The notes beneath the pieces were generated by a model that was given only the letters and a program-made list of their open reading frames with translations, was not told where the DNA came from and did no database searches. DNA of 63,850 nt, the filler included, from Trichomonas gallinae (lineage: Eukaryota): NCBI GenBank assembly GCA_008369845.1. It is 4 parts of 4 records of this genome, joined end to end, with 100 filler letters (N's around TTAATTAATTAA, not from the genome) between each part and the next. Parts side by side here need not be neighbours in the genome. Positions count along the whole stretch, not along the records: positions 26,274 to 58,247 come from MRSU01000071.1; 3 more parts are not named here. The stretch is one strand, 5' to 3'. This document shows positions 40,488-53,700 of the stretch, one piece after another. Both the position numbers and the translations under genes were made by a program. Every line of letters begins with the position of its first letter. The first letter of the stretch is position 1.

Positions 40488-41363
40488 TTAGTAAACAGTA
40501 AAAATGCCTGTTTCGAATGGCGAAGTGAACTCGCTCTCCTCGAAATCGAAGAGATTCTCCATAGCCACATCACCGAGACCAAATCGGGCATTAACTTGAA
40601 CGGGGTTTGTTGGAGCCGCTTCAATCAAAGGGGCTTTGCGCTCCTTTGGGTAAGAAACGGGCGACAAACTCTGGGTGTCTGCGGCATAGCCAAAGAAGGA
40701 AGCTGTTGGGAATTGGATTCTTGGCCAGGATGTAACAGCTGCTGAATTTGATACTTGCTTTGGCTCAGATTGGCGGCTGAGTTTAATAGACCCTGCCGTT
40801 TTTCTCTTGAGCTGCTTATATCTGTATCTGCACTGAACATCTGTGCGGTTGCCCATTTCCAATGAAATTTGTGTCCATTTCTTTTCACCGTATTTTTCGA
40901 TTAATTGGAGGAGTTTGTCGTTTTCTTCCTCAGCCCAGTCATCTTTGGATATTTTTGGATCGAGAGCGCGAGCCCAGCGCTGTGCGCACTGTGGCCTCGA
41001 TCTGCCGTTTCCGACAAACTCAGAAATAGATGACCAGGCGTCGACGCCATATTTGAGGATTCCAGCTACAAGGCGATTGTCATCAATTTGTGTCCACGGT
41101 CTTGTCTTTTTGCCTGGAAGAGGATCCTTTACATTGGATGAACCAACTTTTGTGCATGTTTCAAGGATCTTCTTGAGTCTCTTGATGGGTTCGCATGTGC
41201 CTGTGATAGCCTGTGCAAGCTGAGCAACCTCTTCATAATTTGATCTTAAGCGAAGATAGTTTGAAATTGAAATTGCAAGTGGGCTCTTGTAATCAAGGGC
41301 CTCACCAGTAAACTGCGCTAAAATAAATCTCGTAACAACTTCAATAGAGGCCTCCTGAAACAT
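40488..41363 (-). CDS. R2R3 Myb-like transcription factor
   Basis: KTRPWT..DD.RL..GI.KYG...W..IS.FVGNGRSR.QC.QRW.R.LDP.I.K..W..EE..KLL.L..KYG.KKW..IS..MGNRTDVQCRYRY. Confidence 0.95.
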   Translation of the reverse strand: MFQEASIEVVTRFILAQFTGEALDYKSPLAISISNYLRLRSNYEEVAQLAQAITGTCEPIKRLKKILETCTKVGSSNVKDPLPGKKTRPWTQIDDNRLVAGILKYGVDAWSSISEFVGNGRSRPQCAQRWARALDPKISKDDWAEEENDKLLQLIEKYGEKKWTQISLEMGNRTDVQCRYRYKQLKRKTAGSIKLSRQSEPKQVSNSAAVTSWPRIQFPTASFFGYAADTQSLSPVSYPKERKAPLIEAAPTNPVQVNARFGLGDVAMENLFDFEESEFTSPFETGIFTVY

Positions 41364-44300
41364 CGTATAATTTTGGGAAAAGTGCCAAAATTAAAAACCG
41401 AAATTTTAACACAAATTTTGAGAGCAGAATCGATTAAAAGTGACAACATGGCCATCTCCATCGATTTTATCTCAAAATCGTTACTAGTATTTAATGAGGA
41501 ATTAAAATCACATTGAGAGAATTTTTAGCGTTTTTCACTTTTTTATATAAAATGATCTATTATAGCTTTAAATCATTATTTAACACTTTGATTGGAAAAA
41601 TTCCTTTTAAAAAAATTTGCAATTATTTATCAAGGATTCGATAAATAAGAAAGATTTTGAATAAGCATTACTAAATTTTCTGAGTGTTTGAATATTTTCT
41701 GAAACAAGTTTTGTTAAATTGGCAAAATTTTTGATATCGCAAACCAAATTGTTCCACGAGACCAAATATTATCATCGAAGAATAATATTTTTATTTTATT
41801 CAAGGTGTTTTTATACCATAAATACAGAATTTGGACGTTGTTATGGCAATCATAACATCATCCTTATTGGACTGTTCTCTTAGCAATTATTCATCTTTGT
41901 ATGGCAGATGTCTTTCTTTGTCAAATTATTCTTCACAATTGTCCACTAAAACCATAGGCATGTGATGTTTTTTCCAATATAAATCAGCTATATGAAACTC
42001 ACTGATAGCTATATTAATGGTTGCTTAGTTCAATTGTATTCTGTTTATTAGTTATTGATTATGTTTCGAATTATCGTAGTCGGATTCGGCCGAAAACCAC
42101 AAAATATCATATAGAATGCTCAGGTAATCATTGTTACATAAAATATCGTTTACTTTGGTCGTTTTATTTTCTGAGATTTTTTTATCCAAGCCGCATCGGA
42201 ACTTTTCAGTACTGCTACTGTTTTCCAAAATGTAATGGAATTCTATATATATAATCTTTTGACCTGGTTCAGTATTTTTTCTCAATTCTCAGATTTCTTT
42301 ATCGATGGCAATAACCACCATTGCGTGATTAGTGAATTATTTAACTATTTGTATGACACTGTATCATATTAAATCTGTAATTATGCGAAATATGACTTAT
42401 TTCATAAAGTCATAACAATATTTATGAACGATAACCATGGAAGATATTTTAAACATATAATAGGTTCATAAATTCTAAACGAAATACTATAGCCTGAGAG
42501 TTCAGAAGTGTTTAAAAAATATCATTCAATAGGAGATCGAGATATCTTTACATAAAAACACGAAATCGATTAATCTTCTGATACAGGTCCCCCAACATAT
42601 GAAATCTTTAGTTTTCCGCTTTCATATTTCGGAACTAAAATTATTGCGCCCCTGAATTCAGGGTTATTATATTTCCCAACATGTAACACTTAAATAATCA
42701 CATTAATTTCATGCATGCGATGCTTATTATAATAGAGTTGCATTTCACGTGATAATAATCCACCATCATTACACTTTGACTCAATCACTTTACACGACAA
42801 AAACAATCTATTTTTACAAATATCATTCTTAGGTTCTATAACTATCAGCGAACCGATTGTATTAATGACAAAAGTGACATGGCATTTCTTGCCTTTTTAT
42901 TGTCCTTCTCTGTATCACTAAATTCGCTGATTCTGGTACTTGGAGAGACAAGCTAACACTGCCAGTACAACCCGCAATGAATTTCATACGTACAGCATCA
43001 GTTCATCATTAAAACTTCAATAACCGATGAAATTAATAACTCGAGAATGGCACAAATCTTGACAAGCATCTGACTATTTTCTCAAGCAATAATCAGGTCC
43101 TTGAACGTACCATGCTACCATTTTACTTGCTTTAATCTGCTCTTAAACAATAATTCAAATTGTCCAAAATCGCAGAATATTTCCTATATATACTTCCAAA
43201 TTACCAAATATTCGATTTGATCACGCATTATTAAAAATACAAAATTAATCAAAACGATTATCCATATTTTAGTTCAACTTAAGATTTAATTTAACAACGA
43301 ACCAATTTAATGAATTCTAAATATCTGGATGCAAATTATTTAAAATGATCTTTGAAAAAATTTAATCTATCGTAATTTTCAAACGTAACTAGCACAAATA
43401 GCTTTTTTCATAGCTATAAAATCTATCATGCTGGTTTATTTTTCTTTTTAATGTTTTAAATTTCCAACAATATCCAAAGTTTGAAAGATGGTTATCCCGA
43501 AAAATCCCGTCCATTTCATTCAGATAGGGGTATTCAAGTAGAATTGTACTCCTCAGGGACTGTAACCCAAAAAAATCGTTCTTTCGACTCATCTTTTATA
43601 AGGATCAAGGAAATTCAAAAGTTTTCAGTAGAAACTGCATCTATTGACCAACAAAATAGAATTAACGAATTATAACCGACGAATTATCGTATTATTATTC
43701 GAAAATTTGGAATTGATGAGCAGCCGCATTTTCGGTGATTCCATTATCAATATAATCAAATAGCATTTGATTTTTCCCATCAATATTTAAATTTTCAAAA
43801 ACAGAAATATAATTTCTTAACTTTTCACCCATGCCAATTAAATACACATGATATTCGCCAATGACACCGCCGATCGTGTTTTTATATTCAATGAATTATT
43901 AATTATAATTTCTTTGCTTCAAATTTTACAAGTTCACAAAAAACTCAGTATTTGATTGAATTTATATTATCAGAATCAAGTATATGCATAATAATCCGTC
44001 CATGGGAGCATCGACGAATATAGAAATTGGCATTCCGATTATTAACGACACAAATTCAAATCAGACCAAAACTTCAATAAATAGGTCACTTATTACCAAA
44101 TAAGCATATTCTCTGGGATGATTTTGAATAAATTATTATAGATTTTCCTCTGAAAAACTTTGACTTGTTTACTGCGAACCTTTGATGTAATAAATATGTT
44201 TTATTAATACAAAGAACTATTTCCTTGGTTATATTCAAAAACACTCAAAACTTTATCATGAAACTCATTAAATTATTATATTCGAATCATGATAGGTTTC

Positions 44301-45442
44301 ACGCCATTCTCGAATGATTACAAGTATACTACCATAGAAATTAAGATATTGATAAGGTCATGAACATCAGATAAACGATAATTAAATACTGGCTAATATC
44401 AATATCGAATATCGAGCTATGACTGATCGACGACATTATTATGCTGCTTGATATAAATATAATAGCATCATTCGTTTTACAAAATAATCGATATTAAGGT
44501 CAAAAATAATCCTGACCAAAGCAACAAGCATATCAAATAAATGCGAGAATATCGAATTAAAAAATGAATACAACATAATAGGAAGGTCAAATCACATTTT
44601 TGATAAGATTTTAATTCATCAAATTTTTTCCAAACATTATTATCATTAATATCTTCTGCTTAACAATAAATGATGGTATAAATTAATTTTAATTCATTTT
44701 TTTTATTGTTTTAAAAATTAAATGAAAACAACGAATTGAATCATTTTGGAGTTACAAGATAATGTATAATGATAGAAAGGATCTTGTTACAGTTATTTTA
44801 TGTCATCTTTGAATAAGAATTCAAGTAAATTGTTTTGAAAATCACTTTTTTCTTCACATAATTATGATATCTATAGTTATAAATGGATGGTGAATACAGA
44901 TTGAGTAGTTTCATTTTCCAATATGCAGTTTTCAAGTCGAAAATAATGCAATTTTTTGACATAGTATCACTAAGAATAAACTGAAGACAAAAATCCATCT
45001 AATGTAATACAGCTAATAAATAAAACATATTTAATTCATGGATTAAATCTTTTCTCGAGAAAAAACTAAAAATTGAGAAGTGTTGATTTAGCTCTCTCAA
45101 AAAATTGAAGTTCTTTTCAAATATTGAATGCATCTCAAATTCAAACAATTTAAAATCTTTATATATTATTAATATGTACAGTCAGAGTATACCGAAACAA
45201 AACTAATTTTATATTTTAATTTATCCCATAATCTCAAAGTAGTTAGATTATTTTAAAATAATATGTCTATTTTATATGTTTAAATATAGTTCTTCACTCT
45301 TTCAAATTTTACGATTCATTTTATATAAACCAACAGGCATGCGTATATGCATATTTGCATGATTATGGTAAAGAGGGAGGATTAAAATTTCTCACTTTTT
45401 GCCATCTGCCTGATCATTTTTTATATTAAAATACTGAATTAG

Positions 45443-45877
45443 ATGTATTCTGTTTCACCACCTGTTATTGTTTTACAGCGCGTCGGCAAGCGAAGTGAGT
45501 TAAGTCAGCGTGCTCTGAAGGAGCAAAAGATAGTGAACCAGAGAATCAAAGATTGCGGTGAAAGTTTCCAGACTATTCCAAAACTTTTAGATTCAGTTTT
45601 CCATACCACACTAACATTTACAGATTATAAGAACATAGCAGAAGAACTCACAAGGTTCATTCCAATAAAAATTGATCGATTATCCAAAAGAAACAAGTCA
45701 GCAATGATTTGCTGGTTTGCGGAGAACTGGAGCATTATCAACTGTTTTCTTCCTCATATTGCCATTGACGCAAAGCCTGAAGAAAAAGAAGAACCGAAAA
45801 TGCAAGAATTCACTGTTCCGACTAAGCATTCAGGCGCCCCAAGGATTATATTCCCTACCCTCTGCCCCGTTTTCTAG
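45443..45877 (+). CDS. trichomonad-type hypothetical protein (DRL.KRNK..MICWF.ENW motif)
   Basis: Clean 144-aa ORF, GC-richer than its flanks; basic helix + CWFxENW motif and C-terminal RIIFP.L. Confidence 0.8.
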   Translation: MYSVSPPVIVLQRVGKRSELSQRALKEQKIVNQRIKDCGESFQTIPKLLDSVFHTTLTFTDYKNIAEELTRFIPIKIDRLSKRNKSAMICWFAENWSIINCFLPHIAIDAKPEEKEEPKMQEFTVPTKHSGAPRIIFPTLCPVF

Positions 45878-47860
45878 TTAATTCATCTAGAAACAAGTTT
45901 TTTTCCATAGATTTTAATATTAGAATCTCCATATTTTATATGTATTTATTTATGTTTATATTATAAAGACTTATTAGCTATCTATATGTTTGAAAAAATT
46001 CACTACTCCCTTCAGAATTTTTTTTTAGTTTGATTATATTTACACCTTATTAAAAATTGACTGTGTGTCAAATAACTCCAACGAAATATGTTTATAATCA
46101 TATGGCAATCAATATTAGAACATTTTTTGCGTGTGATATTTCAGAGGGGGGCATATCACCGACTCATTTCCCAATATTCTTATCGTACTATTTACACCCT
46201 CAATCCGATTATTATTTCTGCATTCAAACAGTTAAAAGTGACAACTGCCAGATTAATTTTCGTGGTTTTTAACGGCTATTTTTACTGTGCATAATGTACG
46301 TGAGAATTTAAAAATGACGAATGCTGGTGAATGTCAGTTTTGACCACACAACCATTACTGAAAATGGTTTATTTATATGCTTAAAAATTCTGCAAATGTG
46401 GATCAAAGTGACATTTTCATATTTTTGGCGCATTTTCGTAATGGAAAAAAAATTTTCAACAAATGTTTTCTGAATTAAGCAACATTTTTTCTTTTATTAT
46501 AATCAACTATATCTATTACAAATTATTTTTGTAACTAGATTAATGATTCTTAAAACCTAAACGAATTTTGAATGAATCATCCAACTGCAGATAAACGATC
46601 GGGGCCCTGATTTTTCATCTAAAGCACTATGCCACATCTGTGTGAGGTTAGAACACGAAGGTTTACAATTTTCTATTGCTTTCGAGGTTCCAATGTGGAT
46701 ATTGGAAAAATATATATCAATATACACAATATATTATATTAATCTATTTAAAATATCAACTAAATAAGACAAAAGAAGTGATAATTGAATTAAGAATTAT
46801 CTTGACTTCTCTAAATATTTTTGGTTTCTAGTTCATTATAGCTACAACAACGTCCAAACACCGAAATATGGGCTATTCATTTTATTGCTTCATTTTCGAC
46901 TTCCATCTCTAACCTTGCATATATATTGACTGATTTGTTTTATAGAAACACCATATTCATGATTAGAGTGAGAATAATTGATGATCAAACCGCAAATAAA
47001 TTTTCCACTAAGATTTCTTACTTATTCTAATTGATATCACCTAAACTTTATTATATTTAGTTGTTCTTAGTTTTAGTTATGGGCTTCCGACTGATATTCA
47101 ATTTGTTTCCATTTGCTATACTTCAATATAACAATATCCTTTCATAAGCATTCCAAAAATACATTAATTATTATCTATAAAGCATGTTTCTAAAGTCAAA
47201 TATAGCACTCCTCGCTAGAAAATATTGAATGCAATAAATATATTAGCTCAAGATCAAGAAATAATCTAAGAATATTGCATGATATAGCACATATTAACAT
47301 GGTTTTCAACTCATATCAAGTGGAAGAATACATTAAAATCAAGAAAAATAATTTATACACTATTTGGATTGTTTTGGCTCGTATAATAAATCACTCTCAG
47401 GTAGGAATCATTCCGAAGTCATTTATCCAATAGCTTATGCAAATTAAAATTCATCTGATCGTAATGAAGTGAACGACGCGTAATATTATATCAAATATCA
47501 GCTACTTGAAGCTATTAATGATATAATAAGACGTTTTATCTCATTTAAATAATCAAGAAATAGACTTTCGCAAATCGGATATAATAATTGCTAGAATTAC
47601 AATAAAATCCTAACTATTAATCTAATCACACGCTGTATAATTCAACTCAAGCAGTCATTTCCTTGATAACAATATTTTTGGATTCTGATATGTTCGAAAA
47701 TATTTGAGTGTTGTTTACTGACTGACCCAAATCAAGGCAATGAAGCTAATCGAGCATGGTAACAATAATCAAACAACAAATCATTAAAATAACAAAAGTT
47801 TGGTTAATTTTGTAAATAAAGACAAGTAAACATAAAATTTTTATAAAATCCGTTTTGAGA

Positions 47861-47890
47861 CTAGGACATTGTTGCGAAGCATAGCGCAAC
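47861..47890 (-). mobile_element. Helitron-like 3' terminus (hairpin + CTAG|T)
   Basis: Minus strand GTTGCG-CTATGCTT-CGCAAC hairpin, 6 nt, CTAG, then T. No 5' end or Rep/helicase identified. Confidence 0.35.
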
Positions 47891-49858
47891 TTTGACCGAC
47901 ATGCGTTTTTTTTTCTCTACTCCCCTCTCCTTTTGGGGCGGAGCAAAAAATACAAAAAGCATGAATTTAGAATCTATATGCTATTATAATGCTATATTTA
48001 ATGTCAAAAGTATACGGTGAGGTGAGGAAATCAGTTTTTTAGCACTTTTCTTCACAAACTTCTGCCACTTTTCTGATACTATTTCAATTATATAATTAGA
48101 CTCATATTCATATAAATAGTAAATTCATTCAAAATAGAATTTTGTGTGTCACATTTTTCAATTATTACACATTGATTTTTGTCCTGCGAAGCAGTAAGAT
48201 ATTTGCTTAAGGAGTTGTGTGTTATATTTTATATATCCATACATTAAATTTATCCATTAAAATTCTGGTTATATCATTAAAACTAAATAATATTTTTATT
48301 TATTAATATTCATATAAGATTATCATTGTGTTCACCACATCAATTATTCTTTTTATTGGATTATATTAAGCAACGCACTCATTAATCCTACCAAATAGGT
48401 GTATTCTCTTGTGGGAAGATTCTAGACTGATTTCTGTGAACCCAACAACCAAGAAAACCAAACTTAAAGCTATTTTCATATGATTAAAGTCTATAACAAC
48501 TATTTAAAATTCATCAAACATTATCAAACGTATTGCAATCCAATTTCATCAAATACTAAACCAACCGACACATCTCAGATTGATACTGAAAGGAAATCGA
48601 ATGAATATTCAAAAGACGAATACAGGTATTGACAAAATAGATATTTCATAACGATAATCGTAATCCACATACACTAAGACAGAGAATACAATAAAGAACC
48701 AGATAGTTTAGCTATAAATCCGAAATTGAATTCAAACGTTTTTGCTATCAATCGGCAAACTGATGCATATTATGTATTGATACACGATATACATGTTACT
48801 TAGAAGTTTACAAGTCAAAAACATTGGAATGACATTCCTCAGCAATAAAATTATCAATTTGGGTTGATAAGTATAACAATACTAATATAACAAGCTATAG
48901 CTGCAAAAATACAAAATGTTTATGCAAAAATGTGTGATAATGATATTGAAAATACGAATTCAGTTAATTTGATGATATATTGACATCTGTACAGGCAAAA
49001 TAATTTGTACACATCTTATGGTTTAGTTTTGAGGTCAGAATCTCTGAAAAATAATTTTATTGATATATTCGTTATCATATATTCACTGTTTTGTACTCAC
49101 TGTTTGCTAAACTTACGCAAACATGCAAGGAATTTGTTGGTAGAATGACTCAAAAGCTTTGTTTAGGACCATTGATAATATCAGCCAATAAGTTGGTTTA
49201 ATCATCAATGGAACTTATCTTCAATACATACAACACATAGTTTACATTAGGATGATATTCCCAACACCCTTCCAAAAAACAATAATGACTGACTTTATTC
49301 TTTTACTTTTTAATCAATCGACTGTTATTGACTACACCTAGTCCATTTCTAGAGTTTGGCGAAATTTCGGCTCTAACAAATTTGAGTTTTTTATCTATCT
49401 ACAACAAATTCAATTTTTTGTTATTTCTAAAATGTTAAATTATATTGTAATACTCAAAAAACAACAACAAAAATCATGATTACCACCTGAAAAATAAAAT
49501 CATTGAAAATTTCATTATCTTTATCTACCAAAGACAAACAAGATTTCAACAATAAAATTTTCAAATTGCAAAAAATTAAAATTCAATTGTCCAATCACTC
49601 ATTGTACATTTAAAATACAGCATTTTCGAATATAAATTAAATTTTGACGATAATTTAAGCCTCAATTCTTAAACGTCAATTCAAAATAATTGAGGTCCAT
49701 TCAATCACATTTTAAATCTGTTTTAAAATTCATGATATGTAGGTGATTTTATGCTTGTTATTTAAAAATTTACACATAGTTTTCAGAGATGTAAACATAA
49801 GAAATACCAAAGGTCCATTGAATTCTTGTATAAGGAATTTTTTTTTTTTAATGTTTTA

Positions 49859-50341
49859 ATGGAAAAAGATGAGAATAGACAGATAACTATTGACCCCTTC
49901 CAGATATTTTGCATGCAGCAAAGGGAATATCTGGTGAAGGGGTATCCACATCTTAACAGTTCAAACATTACAAGCATCTTAGCATCACAATGGAGGTCTA
50001 TGGACCAGAAAGAAAAAGATTACTATATCAATATCGCACAAATTCTGAAGAAAACAGGAAATGGCGGAACAAAACAAATTAAAGATACGTTCGTCCCAAA
50101 TCCAAATCAAATTTCGAAACCGATTCAACCAGGGGTTTTACCCAAAGAAATTTCTCGTCGACCTTTACTAATCGATTCAGAGTCCTCGCCAGATGTCGGG
50201 GATCAAGGCAGTTCTAGCGATACAGAACCAGAATTGACAATTCCAAAGATATTCGTTGTAAGCCGGACGGGATTTGGAAAGTCAATAGAAGAAGCGAGTA
50301 AATTCCTACTACAAATGACAGATTCGAAAGAAGAAGAATAG
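49859..50341 (+). CDS. HMG-box protein
   Basis: PFQIFCMQQRE.L...YP.L.SS.ITSILASQWRSM...EK.YY..IA; first ATG at 49859. Confidence 0.9.
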   Translation: MEKDENRQITIDPFQIFCMQQREYLVKGYPHLNSSNITSILASQWRSMDQKEKDYYINIAQILKKTGNGGTKQIKDTFVPNPNQISKPIQPGVLPKEISRRPLLIDSESSPDVGDQGSSSDTEPELTIPKIFVVSRTGFGKSIEEASKFLLQMTDSKEEE

Positions 50342-50728
50342 GATTTTATTGAAAAGACTTAAAAAACTAACTACAACTCTATTCCTCACTATGCAAACCT
50401 ATCCACCGAAGTACAATCTATTAATTCGCGAAAGAAATTCCTTTTATTATAGATTCGATATTTTTATTAGCTACGATTTTGATAAAATTTTCAATACAAG
50501 TTCAACTCATCCTCATAGTCTAATAGCTATGAGGGCTAGGCGAACTCACCAAGACGATTCATGAAAATTTTAGGAAAGAAAATTTTGACAATTGCGCTTT
50601 ACATGTCAGATCCAATTAATTTGTTATTTTTAATTTTTGTTGTGTTTGTTATTTTTAAATTGTGTTTATCTTATATGGTTTAATTTTTTAACAACAGCAT
50701 TCAAATGTTTAAAATTATTATATTTTAC

Positions 50729-53700
50729 TTACAATTCTTTCGAAAAAGCACCATTAGCTTCTTCATCATATGGTATCCATTCTGGAATATGTTTTTTGGC
50801 GTATTCGAGCTTTCCTTCTTTGGTGCGTGGATTATTGCAAAGATCTATTGTCCTCGCCTTTGACATTGTTGCATCGCTGCACCATGACCCACACCAAAGC
50901 CACTCTTGAGGAAGCGAGAAGATTGGTGCACCTCTGTTTTGCATCATATTTGGTAAATCTTGATCCAAGTTAGATAACGATTCCTTATCGCTATGAAGGT
51001 CCATGTAGCCTTTCCTCATCATTCCACCCACATCTCTCGACCTGTATTCAGGCAGATCAACAGCGAAAAGAGCTGAGATATGATATGGTTTTCCATTCAA
51101 TAGGTTCTGCCAATAGCCAACTTCCCAGAATCTATATTCAGCCATTTCTGGTCTGTCGTTGCAGAAAGGTGTGAACGCATACGGGCAGTTATTGAAGTCC
51201 ATCGTCATCAGATCTCTTAAATCAGTCTTAATGATTTGATCTGAGTCAATGTAAATAACTCTTCTCAAATCGTTTGGGAACATAACATCTAAGAACAAAA
51301 TCTTGTAACCCCAGAATGTTCTCTGTCTCGCTTCTTCTCTTGGCAGCCACCTTGGCCACTTGTAGCTGCAGAACTGATACTCAAATCCGTATTTGGCAGA
51401 GTATTCTTTGAGCGATTCTCTGAAAGAAGGCGACGCGAAATTCTCCAGCAGCCATAATTTAACCGGTGACTTCGTGTGCTTAATAATCGAAAGAATTGCG
51501 ATTCTCATCAGTCTCTCGTATAAATGACCTGAAGATACAAAGAAAACGTGGATCTTTCCATCATCAATTTTAGAGCGGTTTGAGGCTACATAAGCATCAG
51601 GGCCTGATTCTCTGAATTCGAATGGATGATTGAATGAATCAACAACAACTTTGAAAGTATCATCAGTATTTGTTGTTACAGAGTAAACTCCTGGTACTGC
51701 CATTAACTGCCAATAACCGTTCGAATTAATCACGCGTGTTTCATCAACAAACTGGCCTGTCATTGTCTTTAAAGTGAATTCGACAGCAGGAACAATCCTT
51801 CCTTTAGAGTTTGCTTCACATCCTTCTATAATTAAAGACTTAAGGCCAAAAACAACATCATGAGTTCCTTTCTGTAAGTCATCGCCGACAATGTTATCAA
51901 TATCGAAAGCTGCCTTTTCTCGTATTGTCTGCCAAGAAGCCGGGACATCTTCAACAAGTGAATATGTTGTCGATGAATTCAAGAATTCGAAATTAAAACC
52001 ATTTCTATCAGTTGACAATCTATAGAAACAAGACAAAGGTTCAAGATGATCTTTTTCGATGCTTGGCGGTGGATTGACAAGCATTGATACACTAAGATTC
52101 GATATCAAAGGCAAAATAGAAGCAAGTCTCTGTCCATCGAAAGAAAATGGATCAACGGCGGCATATATACTTAACTCTCCTTTTTCTTTTCTTGATCTGT
52201 GAACATTCAATGGACCTGGTTCGAAAGCTGATAAAGGAGCTCCAGTGTGCAACATTCCTGAATGTGCTAATGAAGAAATGTGCATCAACATGAATAATAA
52301 TGAGTCAGAAAGTTCTCTGTGAGTTTTAGATTGACCCAATGTTCTCGAGTTTTGTGATAATTTGAGATATTTTGTAGCGAAATTCGTTGAATAAGATGAT
52401 TCAACCATTTCTAATAGTTGCAAATCATATCTACTGAAATCTTGTGGATCAAATCTGACAACTCTTCCGTTGAAAACTACAGTGATTTTGTTATTAGGAA
52501 TTCCGATCATTCTACATATAATTTCTGGAGGCAAGTTGTTTTTCTTGAAGACTGCAATTCTGCTGCTTTCTTTGTTCATCAACTCGTTAGCATAACTTTC
52601 GAGTTCTGGCATTGATGATTCGTCATCAGTATTAAAGAAAATCCACGATGTCTGGTTTTTAACAGAGTAGCTGCTTCCATGCTGGTATTTAATCTCCTGC
52701 ATCCATTTTGCTAAGCTCCTCAAAGCTTGGTTGCAGAATCTACCAATTTTGACAGTTTCTGTAAATTCTTTATCAGTTTTTTGGACCAAAGGGTTAAACC
52801 TTAGCATCGCGTTTCTAGCTTTAAGAATCGCGTCGTGGATATCTGGTGAATCCTCATATATCTTCTGGTTGCTCATCAAATCTCTCACTTGCTTGAGTTC
52901 TTCCTTCAAGAAAGATTGGAGATATGATTCTGGGTTTGGAGCTTCAACTATCATTCCATTTAATATAATCGCTGGACTAGAAACACCGATCCTGTTTATA
53001 TGCTTCTTGAGCCTCGACAAGAAAATAGATTCAGGCGAAGTTGGCTTGTAGAAATCTGACATTTTATCAAAAGATGGTGACGATCTTTGATTCGCTACAG
53101 CAGAAAATGCCTGCTTCCAGAATCCTTGCTTTATAGGTCCACGCTTTCGAGTTTTCTCGTCTAAATACGAGCGTTGGTCATTGACTCTCAGCAGGAATTT
53201 GTGGGCGAAGTTGATTCCATACTTTTGAGCGAGATGTGCGAAAGCATAGTATATTTTCTTTGAGAGAGCTGACGAATGCTTCGGAGTGATGATATAACCA
53301 AATCTGACAGGATACTGGATCTCAATTAAGTCATCTAAGTAAGCTATGACGTTCATATCATCAGTTTCTGCAGGATCAAGCAAGAATATTACATTCGCAA
53401 CATTTCTTGCGACATTTGGCCAGTTTTCGCTGTCTGATACAAATGTAATAAGAGAAGGTGAATATTTCTGGTACTTTTCGTCCTTTTCTAGGTCATTTAT
53501 CCAATATAAGAAATCTTGATGTCTTAAATCGATGAATGGCTGCTGTGCCGGCTTCGGTCTATGCCCTGACTTCTCAAAGTTCTCCAATGATTCATCATTA
53601 AGGTCAAAACTTTTCTTTAGTATAGAATGAATATTATATTCGTCACGAAGAGTTTCGTAGATAGTAAACGCGTTGATATCATAGCCAGATAGTTTCCTTC

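Noticed and set aside
42650..42663. 14-bp palindrome CCCTGAATTCAGGG
   Set aside because: Isolated, with no TSD or second copy; compatible with chance.
42021..44998. Short ORFs of 60-80 aa in the gene-poor region
   Set aside because: AT-rich, several with non-ATG starts, no motifs; at most unidentifiable decayed relics.
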